Source: Alphaproteobacteria bacterium (lineage in GTDB: Bacteria > Pseudomonadota > Alphaproteobacteria > UBA828). From it: 64,000 nucleotides of DNA. The DNA lies in NCBI GenBank assembly GCA_965214705.1, contig CBDCCI010000002.1:768001-832000 (forward strand), written 5' to 3'. The stretch's first letter is position 1. The number at the start of each line of letters is the position of its first letter. Under the pieces are notes generated by a model, which did no database searches, was not told the DNA's origin, and saw only the letters and a program-made list of their open reading frames with translations. This document shows, piece by piece, positions 37,233 through 47,358 of this stretch. Position numbers and translations under genes: made by a program.

Positions 37233-37282
37233 CCGTCGTGCCTCCGCCCTGCCTCCGGCTCCTTCCGGTCGTCTCGTGCCGC

Positions 37283-38278
37283 TCAAGCGCCGGGCAGGAG
37301 GGCCGGCTCGGTGATCCGCAGGTCCTCGTCGAGGGCGCGGGCCGGCACGAGGCCGTCCGCCCGGATCGCGGCGTGATACGCCTGGACGGCCTCCTCCGGC
37401 GACAGCTCTCCGTCAACCACCTGTCGCATGTGGCGGACCATCTCAAGCGGAGACTCCGCGAGCTTGATCTTGCGGCCGAAGAGGGCCACCCAGGCGCCGT
37501 CCCGCTGGGCGTCGCTAAGGAGCTGGAAGGTGTCTCGATTGGTCCCCGCCGCGCCGCCGAGGATTCCCACGACCAGCTCGGGGTCGTAGGAGCAGAGCTC
37601 GGTCATCGCGCGCGGGCCGTTGTAGGCGATCTTGAGGAAGCTGGGCCGCTCCGCTCGCGTCAGCCCCGCGAGGCAGCGGATGATGCAGTCCCCGACGTAG
37701 GCACCGGTCTCCTCCAGCGAGGCGAGGCCTGCGTCGACGTTGGGGTTGAACACCTCCAGGAAGTAGCGCATGCAGCAGCGCGCCGCGTCCTCGCGGAAGT
37801 CCGCGAACGCTTCGAGACTCCGCAGGTCGTCGTCCACGCTGTTGTTGAAGGTGATCGAGTAGAGACAGAGGTCGCACCCGAGGTCGCGCGCGCGGTTGAG
37901 CGGAGCGCTGCGGAACGGCCGCGACGGCGCGAGCGGGTAGGCGCCTCCCCGTACGCCCCAGATGTCCGTCGTGTCGTTGGCGCGTATGGCGGGGGTGACC
38001 GGCGAGCTCTCGAAGATTTCCTTCCCGAGCCGCTCAAGAGTCGAGGACGAGACGAGCATCACGTCGACGATTCCCTGATCGGTGATCGCCCGGATTTCGT
38101 CGAGGTATCCGGCGAGCGGCCGGACCGTGTCGAGCGGTCGCCCGTCCGTGCCGCGCTCCGGGCCGGGGGCGGGCCGCCCGCCACCCATGTCGGCGTCCTT
38201 GGCGTCCGCAATGATGAAGTCGGTCCTCGCACCGCTTCCCCGGAGGATTGCGCCGAGCTTTCGATCCAGTGTTTTCAT
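37283..38278 (-). CDS. Uncharacterised class I aldolase-like TIM-barrel protein
   Basis: FIIADAKDADM, RANDTTDIW, FLEVFNPN, FLKIAYNG, GILGG, ALFGRKI. The fold assignment is an inference. Confidence 0.65.
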   Translation of the reverse strand: MKTLDRKLGAILRGSGARTDFIIADAKDADMGGGRPAPGPERGTDGRPLDTVRPLAGYLDEIRAITDQGIVDVMLVSSSTLERLGKEIFESSPVTPAIRANDTTDIWGVRGGAYPLAPSRPFRSAPLNRARDLGCDLCLYSITFNNSVDDDLRSLEAFADFREDAARCCMRYFLEVFNPNVDAGLASLEETGAYVGDCIIRCLAGLTRAERPSFLKIAYNGPRAMTELCSYDPELVVGILGGAAGTNRDTFQLLSDAQRDGAWVALFGRKIKLAESPLEMVRHMRQVVDGELSPEEAVQAYHAAIRADGLVPARALDEDLRITEPALLPGA

Positions 38279-38464
38279 GCAGGTGGCCCCCCAGGGTCTT
38301 GTCGTCCGCCTCGTTCCGCGTCGCATCGACGGGCCGGATTCTCCGGATTCGCAAATCCTGGCGCAACCGAGCCGAAGGGCGCGATCGCGGAAGCGGCCTC
38401 TAGGCTTGCCTTGCGGCGGTCGGGAGTGACAAGATTCCGGGGCGCAGCAGGAAGGAGCCCTGCC

Positions 38465-39307
38465 ATACTCTCGCGCCGTCGCTTTCTCGCAATCTCGGCC
38501 GCAGCGGCGCTGCTGCCCTCGGCGGCCCGCGCCGCCGCCGCGCCGCTGCCGATCTTCGACGCCCATATCCATTTCAGCCACGACGCAGCCAAGCGGTTAT
38601 CCGCCGGCGAAGCCGTCGCGATTCTGGAGACGGCGGGGCTGAAGCGAGCGCTGGTGTCGAGCTCGGGCGATGCCGGCACCCGCGCGCTCTACGCCGCCGC
38701 GCCGGACCTTGTCCTGCCCAGCCTGCGCCCCTACCGCCGGCGTGGTGAGATCAGCAGCTGGGTCGACGATCCGTCGGTGATCGACTTCCTCGAGGACCGT
38801 CTGACGCGCTTCAAGTGGGTCGCGGTGGGCGAATTCCACCTCTTCGCCGGGCAGACCGACAAGGCCGTGCCGCGCCGCATGATCGAGCTGGCACGGCAGC
38901 ACAATCTTCTCCTGCACGCCCATTCGGACGCCGGCGCGGTGGACGCGATCTTCGCGCAATGGCCGGAGGCGCGGGTGCTGTGGGCCCATGCCGGCTTCGT
39001 CGGCCCGGATACCGTCGGCCCGATGCTCGGGAAGCACGCGAAGCTCTGGACCGATCTGGCCTTCCGCAGCGAGCACGCCCATGGCGGCCTGGTCGACGAC
39101 GACTGGCGAGGCCTGTTCGCCGCCTTCCCGGACCGCGTCATGGTCGGCACCGACACCTTCACGCCCGAGCGCTGGCACTATGTCGTCCAGCACGCCGAAT
39201 GGTCCCGGCAATGGCTGGCCGACCTGCCGCCCGACCTCGCCGAGAAGATCGCCTGGCGCAACGGCGAGGCGATGGTCCGGCCGCACCTCGCAAACCTCCG
39301 AAAATAA
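38465..39307 (+). CDS. Tat-exported amidohydrolase-family protein (start codon reads ATA)
   Basis: SRRRFL Tat motif, DAHIH, GEFH, HAH, WAHAG and GTD motifs. AAGGAG lies 7 nt upstream of ATA. Confidence 0.8.
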   Translation: MLSRRRFLAISAAAALLPSAARAAAAPLPIFDAHIHFSHDAAKRLSAGEAVAILETAGLKRALVSSSGDAGTRALYAAAPDLVLPSLRPYRRRGEISSWVDDPSVIDFLEDRLTRFKWVAVGEFHLFAGQTDKAVPRRMIELARQHNLLLHAHSDAGAVDAIFAQWPEARVLWAHAGFVGPDTVGPMLGKHAKLWTDLAFRSEHAHGGLVDDDWRGLFAAFPDRVMVGTDTFTPERWHYVVQHAEWSRQWLADLPPDLAEKIAWRNGEAMVRPHLANLRK

Positions 39308-39309
39308 CC

Positions 39310-39720
39310 GTGGCCCGGTGGCGCCTCGGCGGACCGGCGCTGGCGGCCGCACTAGCGCTCGTCCTCGCGGCCGGCCAGGCGGCGGCCTGCGACCGTCCGG
39401 AGGGCTGGACCGGCGGCACGAAAATCGCCGGCGAGCGATGGACGGCATGGTGGCGCTCGGAACCCGCCGCCATCCCGGTCGGCGCGCATTTTTCCGTCCG
39501 TTTTCATCTGTGCGGGCCGCCGGTCGACCGGGTCAAGGTGCGCGGCTGGATGCCGGACCATCGGCACGGCATGAACTATCGGCCCGGGGTGACTCTGGAC
39601 GGCCTGTCCGGAACGGCCGAGGGCCTGATGTTCCATATGCCGGGTCGCTGGCAGCTAATCCTGGATGTCCGCGGTAAGGCGGGCCGGGAGACGCTGATCG
39701 CCGAGACGGTGCTGGAGTGA
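39310..39720 (+). CDS. Secreted YtkA/FixH-like small protein
   Basis: Signal peptide, WMPDHRHGMNYRP and GLMFHMPGRWQL motifs. Confidence 0.75.
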   Translation: MARWRLGGPALAAALALVLAAGQAAACDRPEGWTGGTKIAGERWTAWWRSEPAAIPVGAHFSVRFHLCGPPVDRVKVRGWMPDHRHGMNYRPGVTLDGLSGTAEGLMFHMPGRWQLILDVRGKAGRETLIAETVLE

Positions 39721-40940
39721 CGCCTAGGCGCTCCGGCGCGTCTGTTGCCGTTTGGCTGGCCGCCGGTCTGTCGGGATTTGCGATCGTATTTTGTCTGCTT
39801 TCCGGCATCGCCGCGCGGGCGCCGGCACTCGATTTCACTGCCGAGGAGGAACGCCGGATCCTGCGCCATGGGCCGTGGCCGCCGGCCTCGCAGCTCGATC
39901 CGAGCAACCGGGTTTCCGGCGAACCGGCCGCCATCGCCTTCGGCCGGGCGCTGTTCTTCGATCCGCGCCTGTCGCGCTCCGGCGAAGTCTCCTGCGCAAC
40001 CTGCCACCCGCCGGACCGGGCCTGGACCGACGGCCTGCCGCGCAGCCGCGGGCAGCGGACTGTCGACCGCAACGCGCCCAGCCTGTTCAATTTGCGCTTC
40101 AACCGCTGGTTCGGCTGGGACGGCGCGCAGGACTCGCTGTGGGCGCAAAACCTGCGGCCCCTGCTGGACGGCCGCGAGATGGGCGTGGGCCCCGGCGGCG
40201 CGGCGCGGCTGGTCCGCTCCGACCGGCAGCTTTCCTGCGGCTACCGGCGTGCTTTCGGCGAAGCGCCCGACGCAGACGACGAACGGATATTCGTCGATCT
40301 CGGCAAAGCGCTGGCGGCGTTCCTGGAAACGCAAGTCACCGGCCGCACGCCGTTCGACGAATTCCGCGACGCCCTGGCGCGCGACGATGCGGCCGGCCAG
40401 GCCCGCTATCCCGCCGCCGCCCAGCGCGGCCTGCGTCTGTTCGTGGGCCGGGGCAACTGCGCCTTCTGCCATTTCGGCCCGGCCTTCACCAACGGCGAGT
40501 TCGCCGATGCCGGCGTGCCGCATTTCATCGAACCCGGCCGGGTCGATCCCGGCCGGCACGGCGGCATTCGCAAACTGCGCGAGAGCCCGTACACCCTGCT
40601 GGGCCGCTTCAACGACGATGCAGGGCGCTCCACCGCCGCCAAGACCCGCTATGTCGACCTGCGCCAGAGCAACTTCGGCGAGTTCCGGGTGCCGGGCCTG
40701 CGCAACGTGGCGCTCACAGCGCCCTACATGCATGCCGGCAGCCTCGAGACGCTCGCCGACGTCGCCCAACACTATTCGACGATCGACGAGGAACGGCTGC
40801 ACGCCGGAGGTGAACGGATTCTGCGCCGCCTGGACCTGAGCGCGCGCGAACAGGCCGATCTCGTCGCCTTTCTCGAAACACTGACGGAAACGACCCCGCG
40901 TCACGAATTCGTAGAGAAACCAGCAGAAGCCTTGTGCTGA
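39717..40940 (+). CDS. Di-heme cytochrome c peroxidase/MauG-family protein
   Basis: LFFDPRLS, CATCH, RNAPSL, WDG, CAFCH and LRNVALTAPYMHAG motifs. Confidence 0.92.
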   Translation: MTPRRSGASVAVWLAAGLSGFAIVFCLLSGIAARAPALDFTAEEERRILRHGPWPPASQLDPSNRVSGEPAAIAFGRALFFDPRLSRSGEVSCATCHPPDRAWTDGLPRSRGQRTVDRNAPSLFNLRFNRWFGWDGAQDSLWAQNLRPLLDGREMGVGPGGAARLVRSDRQLSCGYRRAFGEAPDADDERIFVDLGKALAAFLETQVTGRTPFDEFRDALARDDAAGQARYPAAAQRGLRLFVGRGNCAFCHFGPAFTNGEFADAGVPHFIEPGRVDPGRHGGIRKLRESPYTLLGRFNDDAGRSTAAKTRYVDLRQSNFGEFRVPGLRNVALTAPYMHAGSLETLADVAQHYSTIDEERLHAGGERILRRLDLSAREQADLVAFLETLTETTPRHEFVEKPAEALC

Positions 40941-41000
40941 AAGGGAGCATGCCCGTCTGCCCGGATCAGGGACACTCATGCCGGCCGAACGATATGGGCC

Positions 41001-41471
41001 TCAATCCCCCGCGAACGCGATCAATCGCCCACAGACAAGTGCTCCAAGCCAGCAAACCGTCGAGAGGACGGCGTGACCGATGAGGCGGGTGCGCGGGGCG
41101 TCCTTGAGCAGGAACCCGTGGGACCAACACAGAGCAAGCGTAGACAGGACCCCGATGGCGATGAAGGCCAGCTTGAGCTGCAGGAATTCAACGCCACTGT
41201 ATTCCTGAGCCCGGACCGAGAACAGCAGCGGTCCCGTGATCAGAGCAAGGGTCAGCCCGCTCGCCGCAACGGGTGCGAGCACCCGCACCAGCGCTTCGCG
41301 AGAGATACCGCGCCACACGCCAAAGAGCCGCAAATTGAGCGGGACGACGGATCCAATCAGCAAGGCGATTGCGACGATGTGCGCGGCGTTGAGGGCGGCA
41401 TAGCCCCAGCGGGAGCCCCGCAGAGCCTGCGCCAGGGTCGTCCCCTCGAGCGCTGCGAACAGGGCCTCCAA
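41001..41471 (-). CDS. DUF2214/DUF6644-like membrane protein
   Basis: Four hydrophobic segments, AHIVAIALLIGS, TGPLLF, FLQLK. Confidence 0.7.
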   Translation of the reverse strand: MEALFAALEGTTLAQALRGSRWGYAALNAAHIVAIALLIGSVVPLNLRLFGVWRGISREALVRVLAPVAASGLTLALITGPLLFSVRAQEYSGVEFLQLKLAFIAIGVLSTLALCWSHGFLLKDAPRTRLIGHAVLSTVCWLGALVCGRLIAFAGD

Positions 41472-41475
41472 GGTC

Positions 41476-41844
41476 TCAGTCGCGACCGGGGTAAAGGACG
41501 TACTCTCGTTTGCCCAGGAACAGCCGTTCCACCTTGACCAGTCTTTCCGACAAGTCGGCGGCCGGCTCGCCGATCACCCGGATCTCGACCCCTTCAGCCA
41601 GATCGCCGTCCTCTAGGCCGGCGCGTTCGTTGCGCCATGGCTGCCCGACCTCGGCCGTCCATACCTCGCCCTCCACGTCGATCTTCAGGATGCCGTGGGG
41701 ATTGCCCAGGCGGACGGTCTTGATGATGCCGGTCAGATCGATATTACCGCCGGTCGTCCACGACCAGCCGTGATGGGCCAGAGCCCCGACCGTCGGAGCC
41801 GTGAGTCCCAGGGCCAAGACCGTGATGAACAAGAGCCTCTTCAT
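41476..41844 (-). CDS. DUF6152-like secreted OB-fold protein
   Basis: Signal peptide ending ALA-HHGW; NPHG and WTAE motifs. Confidence 0.75.
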   Translation of the reverse strand: MKRLLFITVLALGLTAPTVGALAHHGWSWTTGGNIDLTGIIKTVRLGNPHGILKIDVEGEVWTAEVGQPWRNERAGLEDGDLAEGVEIRVIGEPAADLSERLVKVERLFLGKREYVLYPGRD

Positions 41845-42002
41845 CGTGCTCCTCCGATGCCTCAAGCGTTCCCGGGAAGGTCGCGTCATTCGGCCGGACA
41901 TTCCAGCCGACACTTCCCGGACAGCCTTCAAGTCCATGACGATAATACTCTTGGAGAACAGATGACCGTACGGTTTAGCGAGGTATTTGCTTGGTGGGGT
42001 AT

Positions 42003-42200
42003 TATGCCGCCGCCCGGCGCGGCCTGCGCCTGTTCGCGGACGGGGGCAACTACGCCTTCTGCCATTTCGGTCCGGCCCTTACCAACGGCGAGTTCGCCGA
42101 TGCCGACATGCCGCATTTCGTCGGGCCCGGCAGGGTCGATCCCGGCCGGCACGGCGGCATCCGCAAACTGCGCGAGAGCAACTTCGGCGAGTTCCGGGTG
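42003..42200 (+). pseudogene. Duplicated, internally deleted fragment of the MauG-like gene
   Basis: Matches ~40408-40587 and then jumps to ~40671-40691 at shared AGAGC. The heme motif has decayed to YAFCH. Confidence 0.85.
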
Positions 42201-42225
42201 GGGGGCGTCCCTCCGAGGCGACTCT

Positions 42226-42489
42226 TCAAGGCGTCTGCCGATAGGCGTCCCGTCGGTGCGTGATGCGAACCACCAGAACGACGAGCTCATCGTCCCGGAT
42301 TTCGTACACCACGCGGTAGTCCTCAACCCGGAGCCGCCGCAAGCCCCGCATGTCGCCTTTCAGCACGGCACCGAGATGAGGGGTTTCGGCCAGCCGGTCG
42401 ATGGCCGCAACGATCCGCGCCCGATCCGGCTTCGCCACACGCCTCAGCTCTTTGGCGGCGCTCTCCTTAATCCGTATCGAGAAGCTCAC
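42226..42489 (-). CDS. RelE/ParE-family toxin
   Basis: AAKELRRV and LKGDMRGLRRLRVEDYRVVYEI...HRRDAY motifs. Confidence 0.9.
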   Translation of the reverse strand: MSFSIRIKESAAKELRRVAKPDRARIVAAIDRLAETPHLGAVLKGDMRGLRRLRVEDYRVVYEIRDDELVVLVVRITHRRDAYRQTP

Positions 42490-42691
42490 GCCGAACTTGG
42501 TCCCAGTCCAATACCGGATCGCTCGGATCGCGGAGCCGGTCGATGGCGACGGAGAGATCGTCGAAGTCCTCGAGATAGTGCTCGACGGCGAGGCGGATGA
42601 CGTCCGCGCGGCTGCGTCTTAGCTGTTGCGCGGCCGTGTCCAGCGCATCGACCACCGGGTCTGGCAATCGCGCGGTCACCTGTTGGGGCAT
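42467..42691 (-). CDS. RHH/CopG antitoxin
   Basis: QVTARLPD...RSRADVIRLAVEHYLEDFDDL; overlaps the toxin. Confidence 0.88.
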   Translation of the reverse strand: MPQQVTARLPDPVVDALDTAAQQLRRSRADVIRLAVEHYLEDFDDLSVAIDRLRDPSDPVLDWDQVRRELLDTD

Positions 42692-42706
42692 GGCGGTTCC
42701 AACGTG

Positions 42707-42748
42707 GCAATTGGAGTGAATGAGATTACTTTACTTCACTCCAATTGC
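42707..42748. promoter_or_regulatory. Perfect 14-bp inverted repeat upstream of the TA operon (probable operator)
   Basis: GCAATTGGAGTGAA-N14-TTCACTCCAATTGC. Confidence 0.65.
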
Positions 42749-42829
42749 GGGGTCAATCGGGTTTGAAAGCCAGACGAGCAGGTAGACGGAACCTCGCCCT
42801 CCCTGCCTCGGCGCGCTCGCCGCGCCCGG

Positions 42830-44731
42830 TCAGATCAGTGCGCGCACGTAGCGGTCTTGCACGTCGTCGCACCAGTTGCCGACGTTCCAGCGGCCGTAGG
42901 CCCCCATGCCGCCCCGTGGGTCGTCCCCGAAGTAGACCGGGACGTGGATGAGACTGAGGCCGTCGTAGTCGAACGCCTCTTCGAGCGCCGCGGTGAGCGA
43001 AGACGGGTCGAACCCGCCCGAGAGCGCCTTCACCCCCGGCACAGACGCCGCCATTTGCACGTAGTCCACCGGCACGGAGTCCCAGGTGCGGAAATCCGCT
43101 CCGTACTGCGCCTGCTGCAACTGGCTGATCGCGCCCATGCGGCGGTTGTCGAACAGGACGATGGCACCGCGCACGCCGTGCTCCACGCCGTCGATCAGGA
43201 CCTGCGGGTTCATGGTGAACGATCCGTCGCCGGTGAAGGCGACGCCATAGCGCCCGTTCTCGGCCAGCGCGCCGGCGAGCAGGGCCGACACCGAGAACCC
43301 CATGTAGGACGCGCCCGCCTCGGTGAAGGTTTCGTATGGCTCGTCGTCCTCGACGATCTGGAAGCCGTTGGCCTGCACGTCGCCGGCGTCGAAGAACTTG
43401 ATGGCAGCGCGCGCCTTGCAGAACGCCGCGGTCACCGCGATTGCCTGGGGCTGGGTCAGCACCTCACGTTGCCAGACCGTGTCGACGGGTTGGGCGGCAT
43501 CGAGCTGCGCGGTCCTGAACGCCCGCCACTCGGCCTTCTTCGCGGCGCAGGCGTCGAGCCACTCACGCTTGCGCGCCGATGCCTCGGCATGATCGCGGCG
43601 CAGCACGTCGTTCAGGCGCTCCAGCACCGCGCCGGCATCGCCGCACAGCGCAGACGTGCGGTTGTAGTGCTGGACGTCCTCCGGATCGGCGTTGATGTTG
43701 ACGACGTGGCGGACCTTCGGCCATCCGGTTCCCGAGCAGTCGCTCTGGCACACCGCGCGGCTGCCGATGACCACCAACAGGTCGGCTTCTTCCATCGCGA
43801 AGTTGCCGCTGATGCTCCCCTTGGAGCCGCCGACGTGCAGGTTCTGCGGGTGGTCGTCGGGCAGCACCCCGGTCGAGCCGGGGCTGAGCACCACCGACGC
43901 GCCTGCCAGCTCCGCGAACTCCCGGATTTCGCGCGCGAAGGGCCGCGCCCCGCCGCCCGCCTTGACCGCGACGCGCCGGGCGCCGGCGACGAGCGCCGCG
44001 GCCTCGGCATAAGCCTCCTCGTCGGCAGGCGCAGCGGGGGCGAACGCGGGCGCCGCCGGCAGGGTATCGAGCCGGATCAGGGTCTCCGCAGGTTGCGTGT
44101 TGAGCGGCAGGTTGAGGTAGAACGGCCCAGCCTTCCACGGGTGGAACACCGTCATCGCGCCCCGGCGCAGCGCCGCCCGCAGCCCGCCGGGACTGTGCAG
44201 AGTCCAGGACTCGCCCATCAGCGCGGTCATCTGCCCGAACAGACCCTGCGCCGGCTTCGGCACCTGCTGCATGTTGTAGCCTTCGCCATGCGTGGTCTCG
44301 TCGCCGTAGAGGTGATAGACGCCGATCCCGTTGGAGGCCGCCGCCAGCGATCCGGCCATCGCCTGCATCGCGCCTGGCCCGATGGACGTGACCACGGCGG
44401 AAGGCTCCCCGTAGACCCAGCGGAGCGCCGTAGCGGCGTGGGCCATCGCGACCTCGTTGCGGAACTGCCAGCACCGGACCAGACCGTGGGCTTGGTAGAC
44501 CCGCAGCACCTCGCCGACCGCGGTGGAGCCGTGCCCGAAGATCGCGAGGTATTTCGTCACGCCCTGACGCATCAGGCCCAGCACCAGCGCCTCGGCGAGG
44601 GGAAGGGCGACCGCCTCGCCGAGCCGCCCTGCGTCGATGGCCGCGTTCAGGCCGCCCGCATCGGCGAGCCATGCGGCTCTGCCGTCCATCGAAGATGGCA
44701 GCGGTCCGGGCGTGCCAGCAGTGTTCGTCAT
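42830..44731 (-). CDS. ThDP-dependent enzyme, IolD-like ring-opening hydrolase
   Basis: IFGHG, RNEVAMAH, TSIGPG, SYMGF and GDGSF...DN motifs. Confidence 0.85.
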   Translation of the reverse strand: MTNTAGTPGPLPSSMDGRAAWLADAGGLNAAIDAGRLGEAVALPLAEALVLGLMRQGVTKYLAIFGHGSTAVGEVLRVYQAHGLVRCWQFRNEVAMAHAATALRWVYGEPSAVVTSIGPGAMQAMAGSLAAASNGIGVYHLYGDETTHGEGYNMQQVPKPAQGLFGQMTALMGESWTLHSPGGLRAALRRGAMTVFHPWKAGPFYLNLPLNTQPAETLIRLDTLPAAPAFAPAAPADEEAYAEAAALVAGARRVAVKAGGGARPFAREIREFAELAGASVVLSPGSTGVLPDDHPQNLHVGGSKGSISGNFAMEEADLLVVIGSRAVCQSDCSGTGWPKVRHVVNINADPEDVQHYNRTSALCGDAGAVLERLNDVLRRDHAEASARKREWLDACAAKKAEWRAFRTAQLDAAQPVDTVWQREVLTQPQAIAVTAAFCKARAAIKFFDAGDVQANGFQIVEDDEPYETFTEAGASYMGFSVSALLAGALAENGRYGVAFTGDGSFTMNPQVLIDGVEHGVRGAIVLFDNRRMGAISQLQQAQYGADFRTWDSVPVDYVQMAASVPGVKALSGGFDPSSLTAALEEAFDYDGLSLIHVPVYFGDDPRGGMGAYGRWNVGNWCDDVQDRYVRALI

Positions 44732-45822
44732 GCGCTCGTTCCTCCCTCGGCAGCGACCGGCACCGGCCTGCCCGCCTGAGCGGACTCGAGCGCGGCGAGG
44801 GCGAAGCGCAGCACCTGCCGGCCCTCGCGCGCGGTCAGCACCGGCCGCCCGCCCTCGGACAGCACCTCCAGAAAGTGGCGAGTGGAAAGCACGAAGCTCT
44901 GCTCCCAGCCGGTCTCAACGTCGCGGAACTCGGTGAGCGCGCCGTCCCGGTAGAGCGTGACCGGCGGCGTGTCCCCCAGCCGTCCGTGGCCGCCGTTCAT
45001 CCAGATCACGCCCTTGCTGCCGGTGATCTCCACGCGGTCGTCCTGGGCATAGTGCCGGGTCGCGATTTCGAGCTCCGGCGAATGGACGATCTCCAGGTTG
45101 CCGATGCGGTTGCCGGGAAAGCGGAACGACACGATCGAGGGCGCATCCAGCCGCTCGCGGTGGTCCGCCGTCTCGGTCTCCCCTATGAAGGCGTGGACCT
45201 CCTCCGGCTCGCCCATGAAGTGCCAGGCAAGGGCGAACTTGTGGTGGCCGTCGTCGAACACCAGCGGCCCGCCGCCGGCGTGCTCGGGCCGCTGCCGCCA
45301 GGCGAGGGCGCTGGCCGGCACATCCCAGGCGGTCGCGCTCCGTCCCGGATTGCTCTTGATGCGGATGGAGAGCGGCGTGCCGATCGCGTCTTCGGCGATC
45401 AGCTCCCGCGCGCGGACGACCGGGGGGTAGAACAGGAAGTTCTCGAACACCTTGAACGGGCGGTCCGAGGCGTCGGCGGCGGCGACCAGGCGGTCGGCCT
45501 CCGCAAGCGAGATGCACATCGGCTTCTGGAGCGAGACGATCTTGCCGGCATCGACGGCCTTCAGCGCCGCTTCGAGATGCAGGTGATGGGGCAGCAGGAT
45601 CTCGACGAGATCCACGTCCGGGCGGGCGAGCAGGGCGTCGATGTCGTCGCAGATGGCGACGTCGCCCAAGCCCCAAGCCGCCGCCCGATCCGCCGCCCGC
45701 GCTGGGTCCACGTCGCAGAGCGCCACGATCCGCGCCAGCGGGCTGGCCAGGTACTCGATGGCGTGCAGATCGGAGATGCGGCCCGTGCCCACGATGCCGA
45801 CTCCGATGGGACTGCTCTGCAT
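44728..45822 (-). CDS. Gfo/Idh/MocA oxidoreductase
   Basis: GIVGTGRIS, PHHLH, QKP and DDGHH motifs. Confidence 0.9.
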   Translation of the reverse strand: MQSSPIGVGIVGTGRISDLHAIEYLASPLARIVALCDVDPARAADRAAAWGLGDVAICDDIDALLARPDVDLVEILLPHHLHLEAALKAVDAGKIVSLQKPMCISLAEADRLVAAADASDRPFKVFENFLFYPPVVRARELIAEDAIGTPLSIRIKSNPGRSATAWDVPASALAWRQRPEHAGGGPLVFDDGHHKFALAWHFMGEPEEVHAFIGETETADHRERLDAPSIVSFRFPGNRIGNLEIVHSPELEIATRHYAQDDRVEITGSKGVIWMNGGHGRLGDTPPVTLYRDGALTEFRDVETGWEQSFVLSTRHFLEVLSEGGRPVLTAREGRQVLRFALAALESAQAGRPVPVAAEGGTSA

Positions 45823-46086
45823 TGCTCGTCAACTCCCGTCGCGGCAGCGGGTGAACACGTCGGTCACGCGGGGTCGTCCCGTGTGGCCGATACGCCGCGA
45901 ACCTAGGCGGTTTCCACGCCGTCGCGCAACGAATGCCGCCGATGCTTGAGCGACAGTTCGGCATGCTCTGGCGCGATACCACGGCGAATCCGCCCCGTTT
46001 TCGTTGACTCTGCGCGGAGCGATGCGCTTGACTTCCAGGGCGCTCATAGAAAGCGCTGGCATACTAACCGCACGGGGGAAAATTCC

Positions 46087-47358
46087 ATGATCACTCTCAA
46101 CAGGCGCGGGCTGCTGGCCGCCGTGGCGGTCGTGCCCGCGCTGGCGTTCGGCGCGCCCGCATTCGCGCAGGGCGGCGACGTCACGCTCACGCACTACTTC
46201 ACCGGCGAGTTCGGACTCAAGATCTTCAACGAGCAGGTCGCGAAGTTCGAAGCCGCCACCGACTACACCATCAAGAACAGCCCGATCGGGCACGAGGACT
46301 TCAAGACCGATATCCTGGTGCGCGCGGCCGGCGACAGCCTGCCCGACGTCTTCAGCTACTGGGCCGGCGCGCGGACGCAGTTCGTCGTCGATTCCGGAAG
46401 TCTCCACACCATCGACGACATGTGGGCCCGTGACGGCCTCGACGACGTCGTCGCGAAGTCCGTGGCCGACAGCGCCACCATGTACAACGGCGCGCGCTAC
46501 CTGGTGCCGTTCAACTACCACTACGCGGGCATGTTCTATAACACCCAGGTGCTCGCGGACGCGGGCGTCACCGAGATGCCGACGACCTGGGACGGGTTCC
46601 TCGCGCTCTGCGAGACCCTGAAGGGTAAGGGCGTGACCCCGATCGCGCTCGGCTCGAAGAATCGCTGGCCCGCCCAGTTCTGGTTCGACTATCTGCTGCT
46701 CGGCACCGCAGGCCCCGATTATCGTGCCGGTCTGATGAACGGCTCCGCGTCTTACGACGACGCCGAGGTCAAGGCCGCCATGGCGATGTGGAAGGACCTG
46801 GCGGACAAGGGCTACTTCGCGCCCAACGCCAACGCCGATTCATGGACCGATGCGTCGGACAAGGTGGCCCGAGGCGATGCGGCGATGACCCTGATGGGCA
46901 CCTGGATCACCGGCTACTGGAACGGACTGGGGCTCGAGCCCGGCACGGACTACGACTTCTTCCCGTTCCCGGCCATCGCCGACGGCGTTCCCGTCTCGGT
47001 GGTCGGCCCGGTGGACGGCCTGGTCATCTCAAACGACGGAGAGAACCGCGCCGGCGCAGAGGCGTTCCTCAGCTTCATGATGTCGAACGCCGACGTGCAG
47101 GCGAGCTGGACCGGCGCATACGGGGCGCTCAGTGCCAACGTCAACGTCGATCCGGCGAACTACAACGTCGTGATGCAGCGGGTCTCCGGCATCGTGGCCG
47201 GGGCGGACAACTTCGCGTTCAACTACGACCTCGCGACGCCGCCTCCGGTGGCGGAGGTCGGGCTCTCCATGTTCTCGCGCTTCATGGACGACCCGAGCCA
47301 GGTGGACGACATCCTGGCACAGGTCGCCGCGGACGCAGCGCAAGCGTTCACGGAGTAG
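46087..47358 (+). CDS. Carbohydrate ABC transporter substrate-binding protein
   Basis: Tat-like NRRGLL signal; PDVF, MFYN, PTTWD and GDAAMTLMGTW motifs. Confidence 0.92.
   Translation: MITLNRRGLLAAVAVVPALAFGAPAFAQGGDVTLTHYFTGEFGLKIFNEQVAKFEAATDYTIKNSPIGHEDFKTDILVRAAGDSLPDVFSYWAGARTQFVVDSGSLHTIDDMWARDGLDDVVAKSVADSATMYNGARYLVPFNYHYAGMFYNTQVLADAGVTEMPTTWDGFLALCETLKGKGVTPIALGSKNRWPAQFWFDYLLLGTAGPDYRAGLMNGSASYDDAEVKAAMAMWKDLADKGYFAPNANADSWTDASDKVARGDAAMTLMGTWITGYWNGLGLEPGTDYDFFPFPAIADGVPVSVVGPVDGLVISNDGENRAGAEAFLSFMMSNADVQASWTGAYGALSANVNVDPANYNVVMQRVSGIVAGADNFAFNYDLATPPPVAEVGLSMFSRFMDDPSQVDDILAQVAADAAQAFTE

Noticed and set aside
37238-38464. N-terminal extension giving a 689-aa amidohydrolase
   Set aside because: Antisense to the aldolase-like gene; the Tat signal marks the real start near 38465.
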